The position numbers and the translations under genes were made by a program. A stretch of DNA of 63,652 nt, counting the filler, from Octopus bimaculoides (lineage: Eukaryota): NCBI RefSeq assembly GCF_001194135.2. It is 5 parts of 4 records of this genome, joined end to end, with 100 filler letters (N's around TTAATTAATTAA, not from the genome) between each part and the next. Parts side by side here need not be neighbours in the genome. Positions count along the whole stretch, not along the records: positions 1 to 28,960 come from NC_068982.1; 4 more parts are not named here. One strand, 5' to 3'. Shown piece after piece: positions 11,515 to 25,760 of the stretch. The notes beneath the pieces are model-generated. The model saw nothing but the letters and a program-made list of their open reading frames with translations. It made no database searches and was not told where the DNA came from. Position 1 is the stretch's first letter. Each line of letters begins with the position of its first letter.

Positions 11515-11847
11515 TTTCCTATATAGTTTACAACAGCTAAATAAATCTAGTGGATTATCTGCTAATTAAAAAGATAAGGTATTATTAATTGATATAAATC
11601 CAGATTTACAAATAACTGGTTAATTTTAGAAATTTAATATTATAATACTGTGGCTCTGTGTTGAGGTTGACTTTGCCTTCCATCCTTTCAGGGTCGATAA
11701 AATGAGTACCAGTTGTGCANNNNNNNNNNGGGGGGGGGGGGTCAATGCAACTTGCTCCCTCCCCAAAATTGCTGGCCTTGTACCAAAATTTGAAACCAAT
11801 ATTAGAATATTGTTGATTTTTTTTTTTTATAACAATAAAGTAAATAC

Positions 11848-11971
11848 CTTAGATAATAAGCTATTCAGTTCATGAGGATGAAGTTTCTGTACTTCTCCAA
11901 GTTGCTCAGCTGCTGACTTTCTTATTAAAGGCGTGGAACCAGTTTCCAGCAAGAGAAAAAGGCGATCCAAT
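11848..11971 (-). CDS. BTAF1: BTAF1 coding exon 2
   Basis: tttcag| (R)[41 protein letters not shown] |gtattt; 124 nt, ends phase 0; near-identical to the BTAF1/Mot1 N-terminal motif. Confidence 0.95.
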
Positions 11972-12929
11972 CTGAAATGAAAATTTGATAATGGCAAACT
12001 TAAGAACTTCAAAATGACATTTTAATAAAAAATGTACTCAATAATTAATAAATTATGCTTGAAAAAGAAGCAAAAGGCAGGTTGGTCATGGCAGGAATAC
12101 CCGTGTTCACAGGTTTGCTCAATTAAGACTAAACAACAATAACTAAAGTAGTTATAAATAATTAGGTACAGAAGCTTGCTTCCAAACCTTGTGGTCTCCA
12201 GTTCAGTCCTACTGCATGTCACCTTGAGTAAGTGCCTTTTACTACAGCCCCAAGCCAACTAGAACCATGTGAGTGGATTTAGTAGACAGAAACTGAAAAA
12301 CGCTCATCATGTGTATGTATATATATGTGTGTTGTGTATTGTGTGTGTTGTTTTGACATCATGTGATGACTGTAAACAAGCATCACTGTCAAACAAGCTA
12401 TGCTGTTCATTCCCAGTCTCCCATGGAAACCATGTCTGGCCATAATGCTTGGAAACAGGAATGGCATCCAGCTTCAACAAATTCAGTCTAACCCAGACAA
12501 ACATGGAAAAGCAGATGTTAATGATGTAAATGATAAGGATGATGTACATGACAAACATAGCATAAAAAAAAAACTGAATTATATAGGATTCATCTAACCC
12601 TTATGGTTTTAAATCTGTATCCAGTTAAATCATAATATCAGGAACATAGAAAAACTAATATGAAAAAAAAAATAATTAAAAGAAAAGAAGTATTTATATA
12701 CATAATTTAGAAGTTTTTGTGCACCTGATACTTGACTCAAGAGGAGCCAAGTATATCAATGTATAACCATAAATGTAAAATGTTTTTAGTTGGGATGGAT
12801 ATTCCAAGTGGTTTCAAGATTTTTGTCACTTTTATTTCATGCAGTTTTAGAATAGGTGGTTAATATATAGTGTAATAAAGGCCTTTAAAGCACAGACTAT
12901 CCATTTTCAGCTGTAGCTATTCTGGTTCA

Positions 12930-13900
12930 AAAACAACATTGAAATCCAACTTCACAACTGAATGAGGAGAATGCACAAGAATCTTTCCAGAATAGACCCA
13001 AACAAGGGACCTGCCACCCAACTTGACAATAGTATGGTAAACAGAACAAGTAAAGATAGGAAAGCAGACAAGACACCAGGTCAATGAAATGCTTAAAATA
13101 TCTGGTGAAGCAGGGCACAGGTCAGTCGCCCAAATAGTCGATCAGGTAGTACAGGAAGTTGTCATGCTCATTTAACTGGCACAGTAGCATCATTGTCAAC
13201 TGCTCCAATGGCAAAGGTGATGTATTAGAGAGAAGTAATTATAGAGGCATCAAACTGTTAGACAAAGTTGTGAAAGTCAGAGAAAGGGTAATAACTGGAT
13301 TGATAAAGAAGAGAAGTAGCCTGGACGACATGCAGTTCCGCTTAGTGCTAAGATGAGGTACTACTGATACCCTCTGTCTAGTGGCACAAGTATCTCTGGT
13401 GCTATTTTTCTAGTAGCACAGGTAATTCAAGTAAAATTACTTGTGTCTACACCAAGCCTATATACTTAGTCTCTGTTGACCTGGAGAAGGCTTAGGAGTA
13501 GACAAATAATTTGTGAGGACCATTCAAGACATGTAGACAAGTACAGTCAACAAGAAAAGAGCCTGATGAGTTCAGTGACAAATTTAGTGTGCGGGTAGAG
13601 GTTATCCTCAGTTTTCAACACTCATCCCTTGTTTAATAAAATCCTGCAGATCATAACAGAGTTATAAAACAAATTGTCTGTGAGAACTTCAATATGCTGA
13701 TGACCTAGGTCTTATAGTTGAATCTGTAGCAGCATTAAGAGAAGTACTTGACCTGAAAGCAAGCTCTAGACTTGTTTGACTTCAAAGTAAACTTGAAGTT
13801 TAAAATTTGGAAAGCTTAAGTGGGAAAGAAGACAGAACTCTACTTTATCAACGAAATGGTCATGCTAAATATGCAGAAAAGGGCTAAGTAGAAATTCTAC
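12930..13900 (+). mobile_element. Degenerate RTE-clade RT fragment
   Basis: SNYRGIKLLDKV...DDMQF and a YADDL-like motif (ATGCTGATGACCT about 13695); homologous to 23880-24560; many stops. Confidence 0.75.
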
Positions 13901-15239
13901 TGGTCTCCTGCCTCAATCTTGCTTACTCTCTATCTCTCCTCAATACCCTCTTATCTCTCTCTCTCTCTCACTCATATTCACAATATCATGCCACCCATAT
14001 AACATGGGATAGCACTGGATTTCTCTCAAACCCTAGTACCTGCCTCTTTCACTCTCCCATCACAATGCCTTGTGAAACAAGGAATTTATCTTCTTACCAT
14101 CACTGCTTCTCACGTACCCAGTATACTTGCAAGGGACATATACCACTCTTCTCTTACCATCACCCATTTCAATGGTTATCCATCAATCAGTAGTGAATTT
14201 AACAGATAACATTCACTCATTCTCTTACCACTAAACAGATAGTTGTCATCAATATTTCTTCTCCCACTAGCTCCTGATATTACTGTTTCTCATCCAGTAC
14301 TTTTCCCAGCACTGTCATTTCTCTCCTCAACCACCCTATCATACCAATAAAGAGCTGTTCTTCCTATCATACTTTCACCTTTCTCACCATCTCACTCTAA
14401 GCTCAGCTTCTGTCATCACTTTTTCTTCAATTCTCCCTATAAGAATAATGAAACCTCACTAGTGCTGGTGTCTTAATAAAATGTACCCAGGACACTCTGT
14501 AAAGTGGTTAGTGAATTCAACTGAGACCAATGTAAGACCAAGAGGATCCTTTAGTCTTGCCAACCCCATAAACTCTCCAGCACATGTTAGTGTTACAATA
14601 AATTACACCCAGTACATTCTGTAAAGTAGTTTTACAAATAACTTCAGTTACAAAAATCTTGTCAAGACAAAGACATGCAAGCAAGATGTTTTCCTCCAAG
14701 AAAGCAGCAACCCCAAAAATGAACTGACTCAAATCGTGATGACTTGTCTAACTCAATTCATGCCAGTATCAAAAACTGACATAATGATAATGATGATGTT
14801 GACATTATTCCAACAATGACAGAAAATTGTGTTAGTTATTATATCTCAGTGGTGTCTGAATTCCCTTTGCAATACTGTAGCTCCTACATGGTAGTGTTAA
14901 ACCACTCATTAAGTTGCTGGAAGGATGAACATGATTTAGCAGTGTTGGCTGTATGTGAGCTACCAGAGATTGGATAACAACAGCAGCAGTAACAGAAATT
15001 AATCAAGTTGATCTGTTAAAACCATTAGCACAGCAGATTACATGATCAAGCAGTAATTGACTGGTGATGTTGGCCTATTGATAACATTAGCATAATTAGC
15101 AAGCGTGCTTGGGAAAAGATCTTTAAGAGCTATTTGTTCAATTGATGCTAACTGAGCTTTTCCATTTTCATGTTTAATCCAAGCTGTGTCCCTATCAGCA
15201 AAAATCAGGTAACGAGCATCTGATGGGAAATATCATTAT

Positions 15240-17420
15240 ATTGTAAGATTGGAGAAATTAGATTGTAGAGCTGCTGGAGCAGAGGCAAATAGTAAATGTC
15301 TACTGTGTGCAAGATTTAAGATGGAGTGGAACCTCAGCCAGCTTGCTCATGAGTAAGGAACACAGGCTCAAATTCTGTTAAATGAATAACAGTAGTTGGG
15401 TGAGCCAGCAGGTACATTATTGGCATAGAAATGGATAAAGTAACCAAGATAGTCAGAATATGTGACAGAAAAAGTTTGAACTGGTTATGAGCAACATAAC
15501 ATTTATCTTCCAGATGAATAAAAGGTTGTTTCTATGATGCCCTCTTGTAGACTACTTTCATAATGAATGCTTATGACATTCCTCTCGTGTCAGGTGATAT
15601 TAAGGAACATTTTGGATACCAATACAGTGGAGACTTAGGTGTACAAGGAGGTTATGAATAATGGAAGTGGATTAAGGCTCTTAGAATTTTGTGACACAAA
15701 TAACCTAACCATCTGCAACACTAACTTCAGAAAAATCAACCAGCCACCTTATCACTTACCAATCAAGTAAACACCTCAGCCAAAGAGATTTCATACTGAC
15801 CAGGCAATGGAACACAGAAGTGAGTGTAAACATTAAAACTCTTTTCAATGAAGAATGTTCTCAACACAGACTGGTAACTAGTAACCTCATAATAAAAGCC
15901 ATAATAGAGTCTAAGAGAACAAGAGAATGGTATGGAGCTGAAAGATCCCTCAACCAGTCATAGATTTAAAGAAATACTAGTTGAAGCACACAACAAAAAG
16001 GAAGAGGCAATAAAGGTTTTTAACAGAGTAGACAACTGGGAATTTTTTGTTATATGAGATAACCTGTTTTAAGCTACAAGATCTGTAGATGGAGAAGAGC
16101 TGGAAGGTGATATAGCAGTAGATTGATACAGTAAAAAGAGCTATGAAATCTAAGAGACAAATTTTGAAGAATTGTAAGAAAGTAAGGAGCAAGAAACAAT
16201 ATTAAATAGATAAGACAAAAGCTGAATGTAAGAGATTTGTCAATGTCCCACAATAAGATCAGAAGTGTGAGGTGTTCTGGATTGCAAAGCAGTGTGTCTG
16301 CATGAAGCAAGATGTTATTGTGAAAAAGTGTGTATGGAATGATAATAGTGCATCTGCCCATACTGAAGTCAAGAAGAGGCTTGGAAATGTTACTATGAGA
16401 AATTGCTAAATGAGGGAAATGTATGGGAGTACCTCAAGTAGACCTAACAAAGGCAGCAATTATTTTAAGCTGAAAGCTATAGGGTCAAACTTATAAATAT
16501 GAATATATGACTCCAAGAAAATCAGACATCAAACATAGTTACTGAGATGCTGAAAATATCTGGCAAAGAAAACATACATATATACATACATAGAACTCAT
16601 TAGAAAGAAAATTAGCTTAGGTGGGATGCAGTATGGGTCTATGCCAAGATGGTACTACCAATGCTCTCTTCTCAGTGAGTCAATTACAAAAGTTTTTAGA
16701 TAAGAACAAACCACTATACCAAACAACTGGAGAAAATGTTTCAAGTAGCATGCTATGTATTTTGGTAATTGCTAAGAAAAATAAGTGTAGATGAATGGTT
16801 TGTAAAAGCCATGTACTAAACTGCAGTTAAGAAAATGACAGTTAGCAATGAGTTCAATAAAGAATTAAGTGTGCAGGTAGGTGTCCATTAGGACTCAGTT
16901 CCCAATCTCATTAACATCATAATTTGCCCAAAGCTTAAACACAAAAACAATATTTAGACTCAGGTGGCTTCAAAGCAAACCTGGTGAAGATTAAAGTTTA
17001 AGTTATCAAAAAACAGGAATCCACTTCCATCTGGGAAGTAACCATGCTTCTTACACAGAAAAGGAATAGGTAGGGATTCCATACATTGTATCAATGAACA
17101 AGCAAACTGGCAAAGAAAGAAGACTTTTTATGTAGCATATGTCGAGGATATACTTGGAAGACTTCTTAGAACTTGATACCTTCTGTTATCTAGGTGATTT
17201 TAAGTGACCAGTGGAGTTAATAGCTAGATGAACAGGATGAAAAAAGTTTAGGCAGCGATTCTTTTATTAGCAACAATGAGATTTTTTCACCAAGTGAAGA
17301 GCAGATTGTAAGATGCTTGTGTACAAACTGTGATGATACACAGTAGCAAGAATATACTAAAAAATCTGACGACACAACTTTAGAGAAGCGACAAAATGAT
17401 GATAAAATTTAATAAGCAAT
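15240..17420 (+). mobile_element. Heavily decayed RTE LINE (APE endonuclease and RT remnants)
   Basis: Remnants LEQRQ..VYCVQDLRWSG, FCDTNNLTICNTNFRK and QHRLVTS, and a downstream region homologous to 23400-24900. Confidence 0.7.
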
Positions 17421-17439
17421 AACAATGAATGGGTTAGAT

Positions 17440-18998
17440 ATATGGCTGAAGCTTCAAAGTTTCCCCAGATCAACTTCTTTCTCATATCAGGCTTTTGTTT
17501 GCTATGCTATGCTCCATAAATAATCCAAAACAATCAAGCAACTAATTCAGCAGTTTGAAGGAAAGTTGATGAAAGACTACATTCACCAAGGAAATTCTCT
17601 GGAATCAGTAAGAAATAAATGCTTGAAAGATGTTGATAACAGATTAAGCGTGGCCTAAATGTTCAGCATTGGGATTGCCAGATTCTGGAATTGTTTTTAC
17701 ATGATTTCACTCAGCAACAAGAACATGTCAAACCAGATGAATCTGAACCAAAATGCTGGAGCCTGAATTTTAGATAAGAAATATTTGAATGTAGTATCAC
17801 TGTGGTTAACAACATAGCTGATCACAGATGCTACTTCATTGATAGACTTCCACTATACAATAACTCTAACTGGCTACATGAAACAAAAGGACAAAAAAAT
17901 GTTCTTCCCTTAGCAACTACAAGATAGCAACAGATTTCTTAGATGGACAAATGACACACATAGGATTAAATGTCTAGTTCTTATCCAAAATACATGAATA
18001 TTCACCAGGAAAATTCGTTCGTCTGACAAATTGTATCCTGCAAACCCGCTTCACCGTAATCAACAAAGTAACCAAGCCATCCTCCAAAGTTCCTCAGAAT
18101 AATTAAATAAAGAAAATAATGAGGAATAACAAACCATTTGGAGGTAAGCATGGAAACAAGAAGTTAAATGATGATGATGAATATGATTCCCAAAGGTCCA
18201 AATGCTATCATGAAATCATAAGGAAAATGGTCACCATTTTGGCAATATATGCAAATATTAAGTCTAGTAGCAACATGAGAGTACCAGGATAAAATGAATT
18301 CTTGAAGTGGCCTCTTAAATTAGGTGATGGAACCCTAGAAAATGATGCTATGATGTATTCAAGTAATTTTGAAATTTCTCATATTGTCATCAAAAGAAAC
18401 ACAAATCCATTGATGTCCCAAGCAACACATGAAGTTTCAACAAAGATAATCCTCACAAGCAAAACAGATATGCTACTACTGCTCAACAATCAATAATTGA
18501 ACTACATTCCTGATGATTACAACATATAAAAGTGCACATTGCAACACAATTGTAGAGGATTGGCAGTAAACTCCCCTATGGAGTTCTTGAACGAGAAACC
18601 TTCATCAGGAATGACAACTCCACCTTGGGAACTGAAACTATAATAATGTTTCTTCAAAACTTATAATCCGAAGATTGGAGTTATATAAACGGTTCCCATC
18701 TAGTCGTCCTATTACTACACGAGTCACACAACCATACCATTCTTACTGGAAAGGAGAAAATTCCTAGGTATTCTTTGCATTTACAATGACAATAAACAAA
18801 TCACAGAGCCTATCTTTTAATAAAGCATGTTTGTTCCAGGTGTAACTTGTGTTCAGTCATGGCCAGTCGCAAGTAGCTCTGAGTAAAACACGAAATCAAA
18901 CTGACTTGAAATTATAGATAAAAGATTACGAAAGTCAAGAGAAACTCGTAGAATCAAGCGTCTTTACAAAGGATGTCGTATTCAAAGAATTATATTAA
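17440..18998 (+). mobile_element. Decayed Helitron RepHel (PIF1-like helicase half)
   Basis: Ordered remnants CYFID (motif I region), NNKPFGGK, MEFLN...GM..PP.ELK, FAFTMTINKSQSLS, VFSHGQ..VALSK and the C-terminus TKDVVFKELY*. Frameshifts and stops. Confidence 0.85.
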
Positions 18999-21188
18999 AT
19001 GTGTGCATCATTTATTACAAATTCAAACAACCATTTTTGACAAGTATTTCCATTGTTTGTTTGTGCATATATATTTTTTTTTTGTTGTTACTTTCTTCTT
19101 CTTCTTCTTCTTATTATTATTATTATTATTATATATAACTATTTTAAACAAAGTATTTAGTAAAAGTGGAAGTCATGCTGACCCAAATAAATTCTATTGA
19201 GTTCTAAGTTGTAATTCAAGTTAATCTTGTTAAAATACTTAACTTAAAGACAAGTGGGGTGACCAGAACGGTGGAGCGCCCGATTAACTGCCACACAGCA
19301 TAGTTTTATTTCTTCTCTACGCTCTGATTTCAAATCCGATGATTGAGTTTGCGTTTTATCTTTCTAGCGTCACTAAAAATAAGTACCATTAATGGACTGA
19401 AGGCTATTTAAACCTACCTACCCCTAAAGATATTAATACAAATAAATTTTACAGCCAAAACAAAAGGCTAACTTCACAAAAATTACTTGAAAAACAGATT
19501 TAATGAATCCTATCAAATCTGAAAGTTTTATCGTTATTTTACATCTTTTTCCAAGAATCGGGTTTCATTTAAAAAATTAAAACGATTGCATTAATACGTA
19601 CTATAAATTTGTGTAGGTTTTCTTTATTATCCGAGAAAACATTATAACGGCTTTTGTCTTCTAAATGAGAGAATAACTGTTTGGTAATAGAATATGCCAC
19701 ATGCAAGTTTAAATCTCCAAAACATATGGTAAAAATCAATAACTGAGCATAACCATATTGAAAATTAACCTTGAAAATGCATTAACTTGACAATGGCTAA
19801 AAAAAAAAAATTACCGGTAATATGAGTTATAAAAATAGAAATGAAAATCCAAACGAATGTGCAGGAAAATATTTCGTTAACTTTTCGAAGAAATACTTTT
19901 CATAGACATACAAACACACGAACAATAAATTCATAGTCAGAGGTATATGAGGGAAAGAAAAGGATTATTTAAGCCTAATACCCTCCGATAAGTCCACACA
20001 TATTTATGTCTTAACTAATTTCCCTCATCAACCTTTTGACTCAACTTTATAAAGAAACAAGTCACAATATGGTTAACAAAGATTGTTCAAAAGGTAAACA
20101 GTGAACAAAAAAGAAACGTGTTTCCACGCAAATCATCTGTTCTGATATAGCTATGATATATATAATAATTAAAGTATTGCACGAATACTTAAACGACAGA
20201 AATAAATCTTAAAAAGGTGTTGTGTACGTATCAAAAGATTGTATTGTCACTTGATATCAGAGTTAAATCAGAGGTCGATTAATGCCAGGGTAAGCAGTGT
20301 GTATGCATGTATGTACACACATATATAAATGCGCATACACTTAATCACATACAGAAGATAAACCGCTAATAGCTCTGATTATTGAATTGATTTATTAATA
20401 ACAAATCTGGATTGAGATATCAGAATCACAAACGCTTTGTTGATAATACTACAAGGTATAAAATGGCAGCATACAATGGCCCAAAGACGGAGAGATGTGC
20501 CTATAAGGACCCAAGAAAGGTAAACGGTGACAGTCATGTAAAATAATACAAACTTGACAAATCGAAAGTATAGTCTTCCAAGATCATAACTGTGTAACTC
20601 ATAAAAACGAACGTATCCTGTTAATAGAAAAGGATGAGAAATAAAAGACAGTTAAAGGAAATGGCTGCGACAGAATTGTACCGTATGAATATAGAAAGAT
20701 TGCAACACTCTATTAACTAAAACGATTTTGTTTAGCCAGTTAATATATACATATATATATTGCATTAAGTAAATGTTAGGTGTATTAGTTTTGGCCATAA
20801 GTTCTTGGATTTAACTTTGAATAAAGTTTCTACACTTGAAATAAATGTTAGAAAAAAAAAAAGACAACTGTCACAGACATGGGATATTTTTACTGCAGTG
20901 AAATGAATTTGAAAATTAAGCGCTTGATTAAAAAAACAATAATAATCCTATTAAAAATGATTTTAATTAATAAGTTTTCGGAATGAAAACAAATGATTTT
21001 ATATATTTTTAGTTTATTATATAATAATGTTGACAGTATAGCATAGACGGTGTTCAATGAAGCTGAGCAGTAATAAAGGAAAGGGGAGAAAACAAAAACT
21101 CACTGAAAGCCTGGAAATATATGGAAATTGTTGTTTACAAAGAACAAACTTAGGGTAGATTTCCAAAATCAGAATTAAACAGGCTTAC

Positions 21189-21199
21189 CTTGTTGTCAT
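21189..21199 (-). CDS. BTAF1: BTAF1 first coding exon (coding part, MTT-R)
   Basis: Minus strand reads ATG ACA ACA AG|gtaagc. The AG joins the first base (A) of the next exon to give R, yielding MTTRLDRLF..., matching the BTAF1/Mot1 N-terminus (human MAVSRLDRLF, from memory). Confidence 0.8.
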
Positions 21200-21639
21200 G
21201 GCAATATACTTTCCAAAGAAATGATTATCGCAGGCTTCTTGTCACACAGGTGAAAGAAATAGGGGCTTACACTTTCAGCACACCAAATGTTGCCTGTCTG
21301 TGATACACGACAACAAACGTATATGGAGATAAAGATTAAAATTTAATCAGCACTGATATACTGAAATAAACAAATTATCGAGTAATTATCTCCTTCTTTT
21401 GGTCCTGTAACTGACGGGAGTGATTTAATTCCTGAAGTATTTCTTAGAAAAACTCATGGAAAATGGCTACAATATGCATCAAGATTATTTGAATAATATA
21501 ATTTTCTACACTTAGTGTCTCTGTATGATCGCCAATGCAACCACAGAGGACTTAGTTGATTGAGATTTTTACATAAAACATCGTCCATAAAAGCAGATTC
21601 AAAATATGTAACCTCCAAACCACTTAGGTGGCGAGTTAC

Positions 21640-21730
21640 TTTTATACTGACAGCCATTTTGAAAGTTGTTCATGAAATAGAGAGCGTGAATGTCACTGAT
21701 TGGTTAGATTATATGACGTCACGACTTCGA
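21640..21730 (-). promoter_or_regulatory. Probable BTAF1 core promoter region
   Basis: ATTGG (CCAAT box) at 21699-21703, a perfect CRE TGACGTCA at 21714-21721 and a YY1-like GCCATTTT at 21653-21660. These sit at the edge of a CpG-retaining zone about 450 bp upstream of the ATG. The TSS was not determined. Confidence 0.5.
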
Positions 21731-22029
21731 GCTCTTCGTTCAAAGAATGGATTTTCCAACACATTACCTAGTAATAGTGCTTTTTGCCCCATCAGCTTGT
21801 TAACAAGCAAGCTTACTTTCTTCAACCATCATCAGAAAATTCGATACTGGTTATTTAATGAATTTCAAATGTTATTCTTGAACTTTTTGTTGATGATCTC
21901 AAGTATCTACAAGCTGTTACTTGTAATGATGTTAAGTAAAGAAATTCAATAAAGTTACTTAAGATTGAATATTAACTACCTGATTTCTTACATAAGGAAA
22001 AGGCCAAAAATTTACATTTTTAATAGATG

Positions 22030-22820
22030 GATATAGTGACTCATTATTTTCTTCAATGACATTTAATACAACAAACCATGACGTGTCTTTGAAGTTGTTT
22101 CACCTGCTAGAAATAATAGCCAAATCTTAAACTTAACCATCTTGAAAAGACAATATATTGAACAAACAATCCTTGATGTAGTCATACAGAAACGATTGTC
22201 TAAGTTTTAGACTCTAAGATATATAACAACCTGAAACAATGGATGTGATAATCACAACTGGAACATCTTTAATTGTACATGATTTGTATTTATTTTATCT
22301 CTCCACCACAAAATAAAAAAAAAATAATAAATAAATAAAAGGGTTAGTGGTCCCAGCAGATTTTGAACTCAGAACATAAAGTAACTGAACTTAATTCTGT
22401 ACAACTTTTAATGCAACACAAACATTTCTATTGTTTACCACTAGTTTATGATTTTTCAGAATTTTTTTTTTTTTTTTTTTTTGAAAATAAAGATTCATAA
22501 TAAACAGGCAATGACTAATTTAAGATAGATTATTTCTAAGTTGACATAGTGACTCACTATTTTCTTCTACAATGACATTTAATATACTACAACAAACCAT
22601 GAAGCCTATTTGAAGTTATTTGACCTTCTAGAAATGATAGCCAAATCACCTTAAGCTTAACCATCTAGAAAAGACAGTATATTGAACATACAGTCCTTGA
22701 CACAGACACACTAGACATATAGTTTGAGATACAGACATATTGAACATATAGTCTAAGATACATAACAACCTGAAACTATAGATGCAATAGACACAACTAG
22801 AACATCTTTAATTTGGACTA
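22030..22820. repeat. Two diverged direct copies of a ~270-bp interspersed repeat (22030-22290, 22545-22820)
   Basis: Shared blocks ATAGTGACTCA.TATTTTCTT, CAACAAACCATGA, GAAAAGACA.TATATTGAACA, TCTAAGATA.ATAACAACCTGAAAC and CACAACT.GAACATCTT. Confidence 0.75.
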
Positions 22821-22914
22821 TCTTGGACTAAACAGCAACTAATAATAAATGTATATTGCAACTTCAGTATAACCAATAATTATAATACATTATTATACAT
22901 GAACTTTAGGAAGC

Positions 22915-25760
22915 CAGCCAGCCAACCAGCCACCTGATAACCTACCAATCAGGTGTCTGTGCTAGCCAGATTGATTACATTCTCACCAGTGTGATGCATG
23001 GCTGCTCCTAAATGCAAAAACCCTCCCTGGTGAAGAATTACCCCACTCCACCCCAGCATAGACTAGTCACTAGTGACTTTAGACTCTAGGCCAAAAAGAT
23101 GCCAAGATGTAAACTAATCTGGAAAAGAAGGATTTGGAAGCTTAAGGACCTTTCATATGGTCAGAGATTTAGGGATATCCTAATTGAGAAATTCGATGAA
23201 AGGGTGGAGGAGGAGGAGCTACAAACTTGTGACAAAGAGGGTAACTAGGAATTCCTGAGGGACAGCGTCTGAGTGCCACAGACCAAATCTGTGGCTAGTG
23301 CAAAGTCCCATCCAGACCTAGGGTAACATGATGGTGGAATGATGTCGTAGACAGGGCCATTAGGTCTAAGAAACAGGCCTAGAAGGTTGGGGGTGGCAGG
23401 GTACTGTATCAGATTGCCAGAAGGAGCTCTAAGAAACAAGTATATCTAGCTAAGGGAGAAGCAGAAAAGAAGAAGTCTGCCTATGTTCAGCAACATGAAG
23501 ACCATGTTATCATAGGAGAGAAATGTGTCCGTGTGGATGATGGTGCACTTGCATGTAATGATTCTGCAAAGAAAGAGGCTTGGAAATGCCATTATGAAAG
23601 ACTGCTGAACATGGAGAATGTGTGGGAGGAGGAGAGTCTGCCAAATATTGACCCAATTGAGGGACCAGCTACCCAAATCAACAGTTCCATGGCAGATAAA
23701 ACAAGTAAGGATATGAAGACAGGAAAAGCCCCTGGCCTATCAGGAATCTCCACTGAGATGCTTAAAATATCTGGTGGTGTGGGTTATGATCTAGTCACCC
23801 GTATTGTAAATCAGGTTGTTCATGAATGAGTCATACACAATGACTGATGTAGCAGCACCATAGTCAACTGCTACAAAGATAAAGGTGATACCTTAGATAG
23901 AAATAATTACAGAGGTATCAAATTGTTGGATCAGGTGATGAAAGTTATGGAGAGAGTCATAGCCCAATTAGGGAGAGAGTTAGCCTAGATGAGATGCAGT
24001 TTGGTTTTGTGCAAGGCAGAAGCACCACTGATGCTATATTTCTGTCGAAGCAGCTGCTGGAGAAATACATAGCCAAAGATAAACCTCTGTACCTGGCTTT
24101 CTTTGACATGGAGAAAGCCTTATCTGGTGGTCAATCTAGAAACGAGGGATAGATGAGTGATTGGTGAGAGCTGTACAGGCTATGTACAGGGATGCTACCA
24201 GTAAGGTGAGGGTTGACAATGAGTACAGCAAAGAATTCAGAGTACAAGTTGTGCTTCACAAGGATCTGTGCTCAGCCCCTTCTTGTTCATCATAGTCCTC
24301 CAGGCAATAACAGAGGAATTAAAGACAGGCTTCCCCTGGGAGATCCTCTATGCTGATGACCTTGCTCTTATAGCTGAATCACTACCAGAACTACAGAAGA
24401 AGTTCCAGATATGGAAACAAGGTCTAGAATCAATGGGCCTTAGAGTAAACCTAGGAAAGACCAAAGACTTACTAAGTAAGAAGGCAGACAAATCACAAAT
24501 CTCTTCAGGTAAATGGCCTTGCTCAATCTGTAGTAAAGGTGTAGGTAGAAACTCCATAAGATGCACCTAGTATAAGCTTTGGATACATAAAAGGTCCAGC
24601 AATACCAGGGGAAGGTTAACAGAGAAACTAGCTTTTGTATGCCGAAGATGCACAGATACAATAAACACTGAAAATGGGCAGAAAATAGACTCTATCAACT
24701 GCCAGGGGGGCAAGCTAGAGGTAGTGGATAGCTTCCATTATCTAGGTGACCAAGTTAGTAGTGGAGGTGGATGCTCCAAGAGTGTAGCTGTGAGAATAAG
24801 ATTAGGATGGGCAAAGTTCAGAGAGCTCCTACCCCTGCTGGCAACAAAGGACCTCTCACTCAGAGTGAAAAGCAGATTGTATGATGCCTGTGTGCGAACA
24901 GCTATGCTGCATGGCAGTGAAGCAGGGGCTGTGACAGTTCAGGACATGCGTAGGCTTGAAAGAAAAGAAGCCAGTATGCTTTGCTGGATGTATAATGTCA
25001 GTGTGCATGTTCGACAGAGTGTAAGCATCTTGAGAGAAAAGTTAGGTATAAGAGACACCAGATGTGGTGTACAAGGGAAACTTTTGCACTGGTATGGTCA
25101 TGTGATGCATATGGATGAGGACAACTGTGTAAAGAAGTGCCGATCTCTAACTGAGGAGGGAACCTGTGGAAAAGGAAGACATAGAACAAGGAAATGAAGC
25201 ATGATTTTCAAACTTTGAGCCTCACAGAGGCAATGACTGATGACCAAGACATTTGGTGATGTACTGTGCTTGAGAAGACCCATCAAGCGAAGTGTATCCA
25301 TGCTGGTTTCATGTAAGGAACATCTTTCACAGAGATAAAGTGGATGGGTTCCTTTCAAGCATTGGGTCTCATGGAGGCAAAATGGCTGAGTTCCTTTTGA
25401 GTGTTGGGCCTCACAGAGGCAATGATTAAGACCTTTGGCATTATGTCATGCTTGAGAAGAAGACCCATCAAGCCAAGCAAAATCGCAGTTGTGACAGATA
25501 CCAGTGCCACACAAATTGGCACCCATGCTGGTGGCACATAAAAGCACCCCAGTGTTATGCAAATGGCACCCGTGCCCCAGTGGCAAGTAAAAGCAGTTGT
25601 TACACTCTTGGAGTGGTTGGCATTAGGAAGGGCATCCAGCCGTAGAAAACCATGCCAAATCAGACTGGAGTCTGGTGCAGCCTTCCAGCATGCCAGCCCA
25701 GTTAAACTGCCCAACCCATGCCAGCATGGACAATGAACGTTGAATGATGACAGTGATGAT
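22915..25760 (+). mobile_element. 5'-truncated RTE-clade LINE (EN tail, RT, 3' UTR)
   Basis: QIDYILT...QHRLVTSDF (APE end); ORF-track RT pieces LSPFLFIIVLQ...LYADDLALIAES and LYDACVRTAMLHGSE..LERKEASML; ends in the (GAT)n tail family. Confidence 0.92.

Noticed and set aside
21560-21952. 130-aa + strand ORF at the promoter as a divergent gene
   Set aside because: No recognisable protein similarity or splice signals. An overlapping frame has LFVDDLK, suggesting ancient RT debris.
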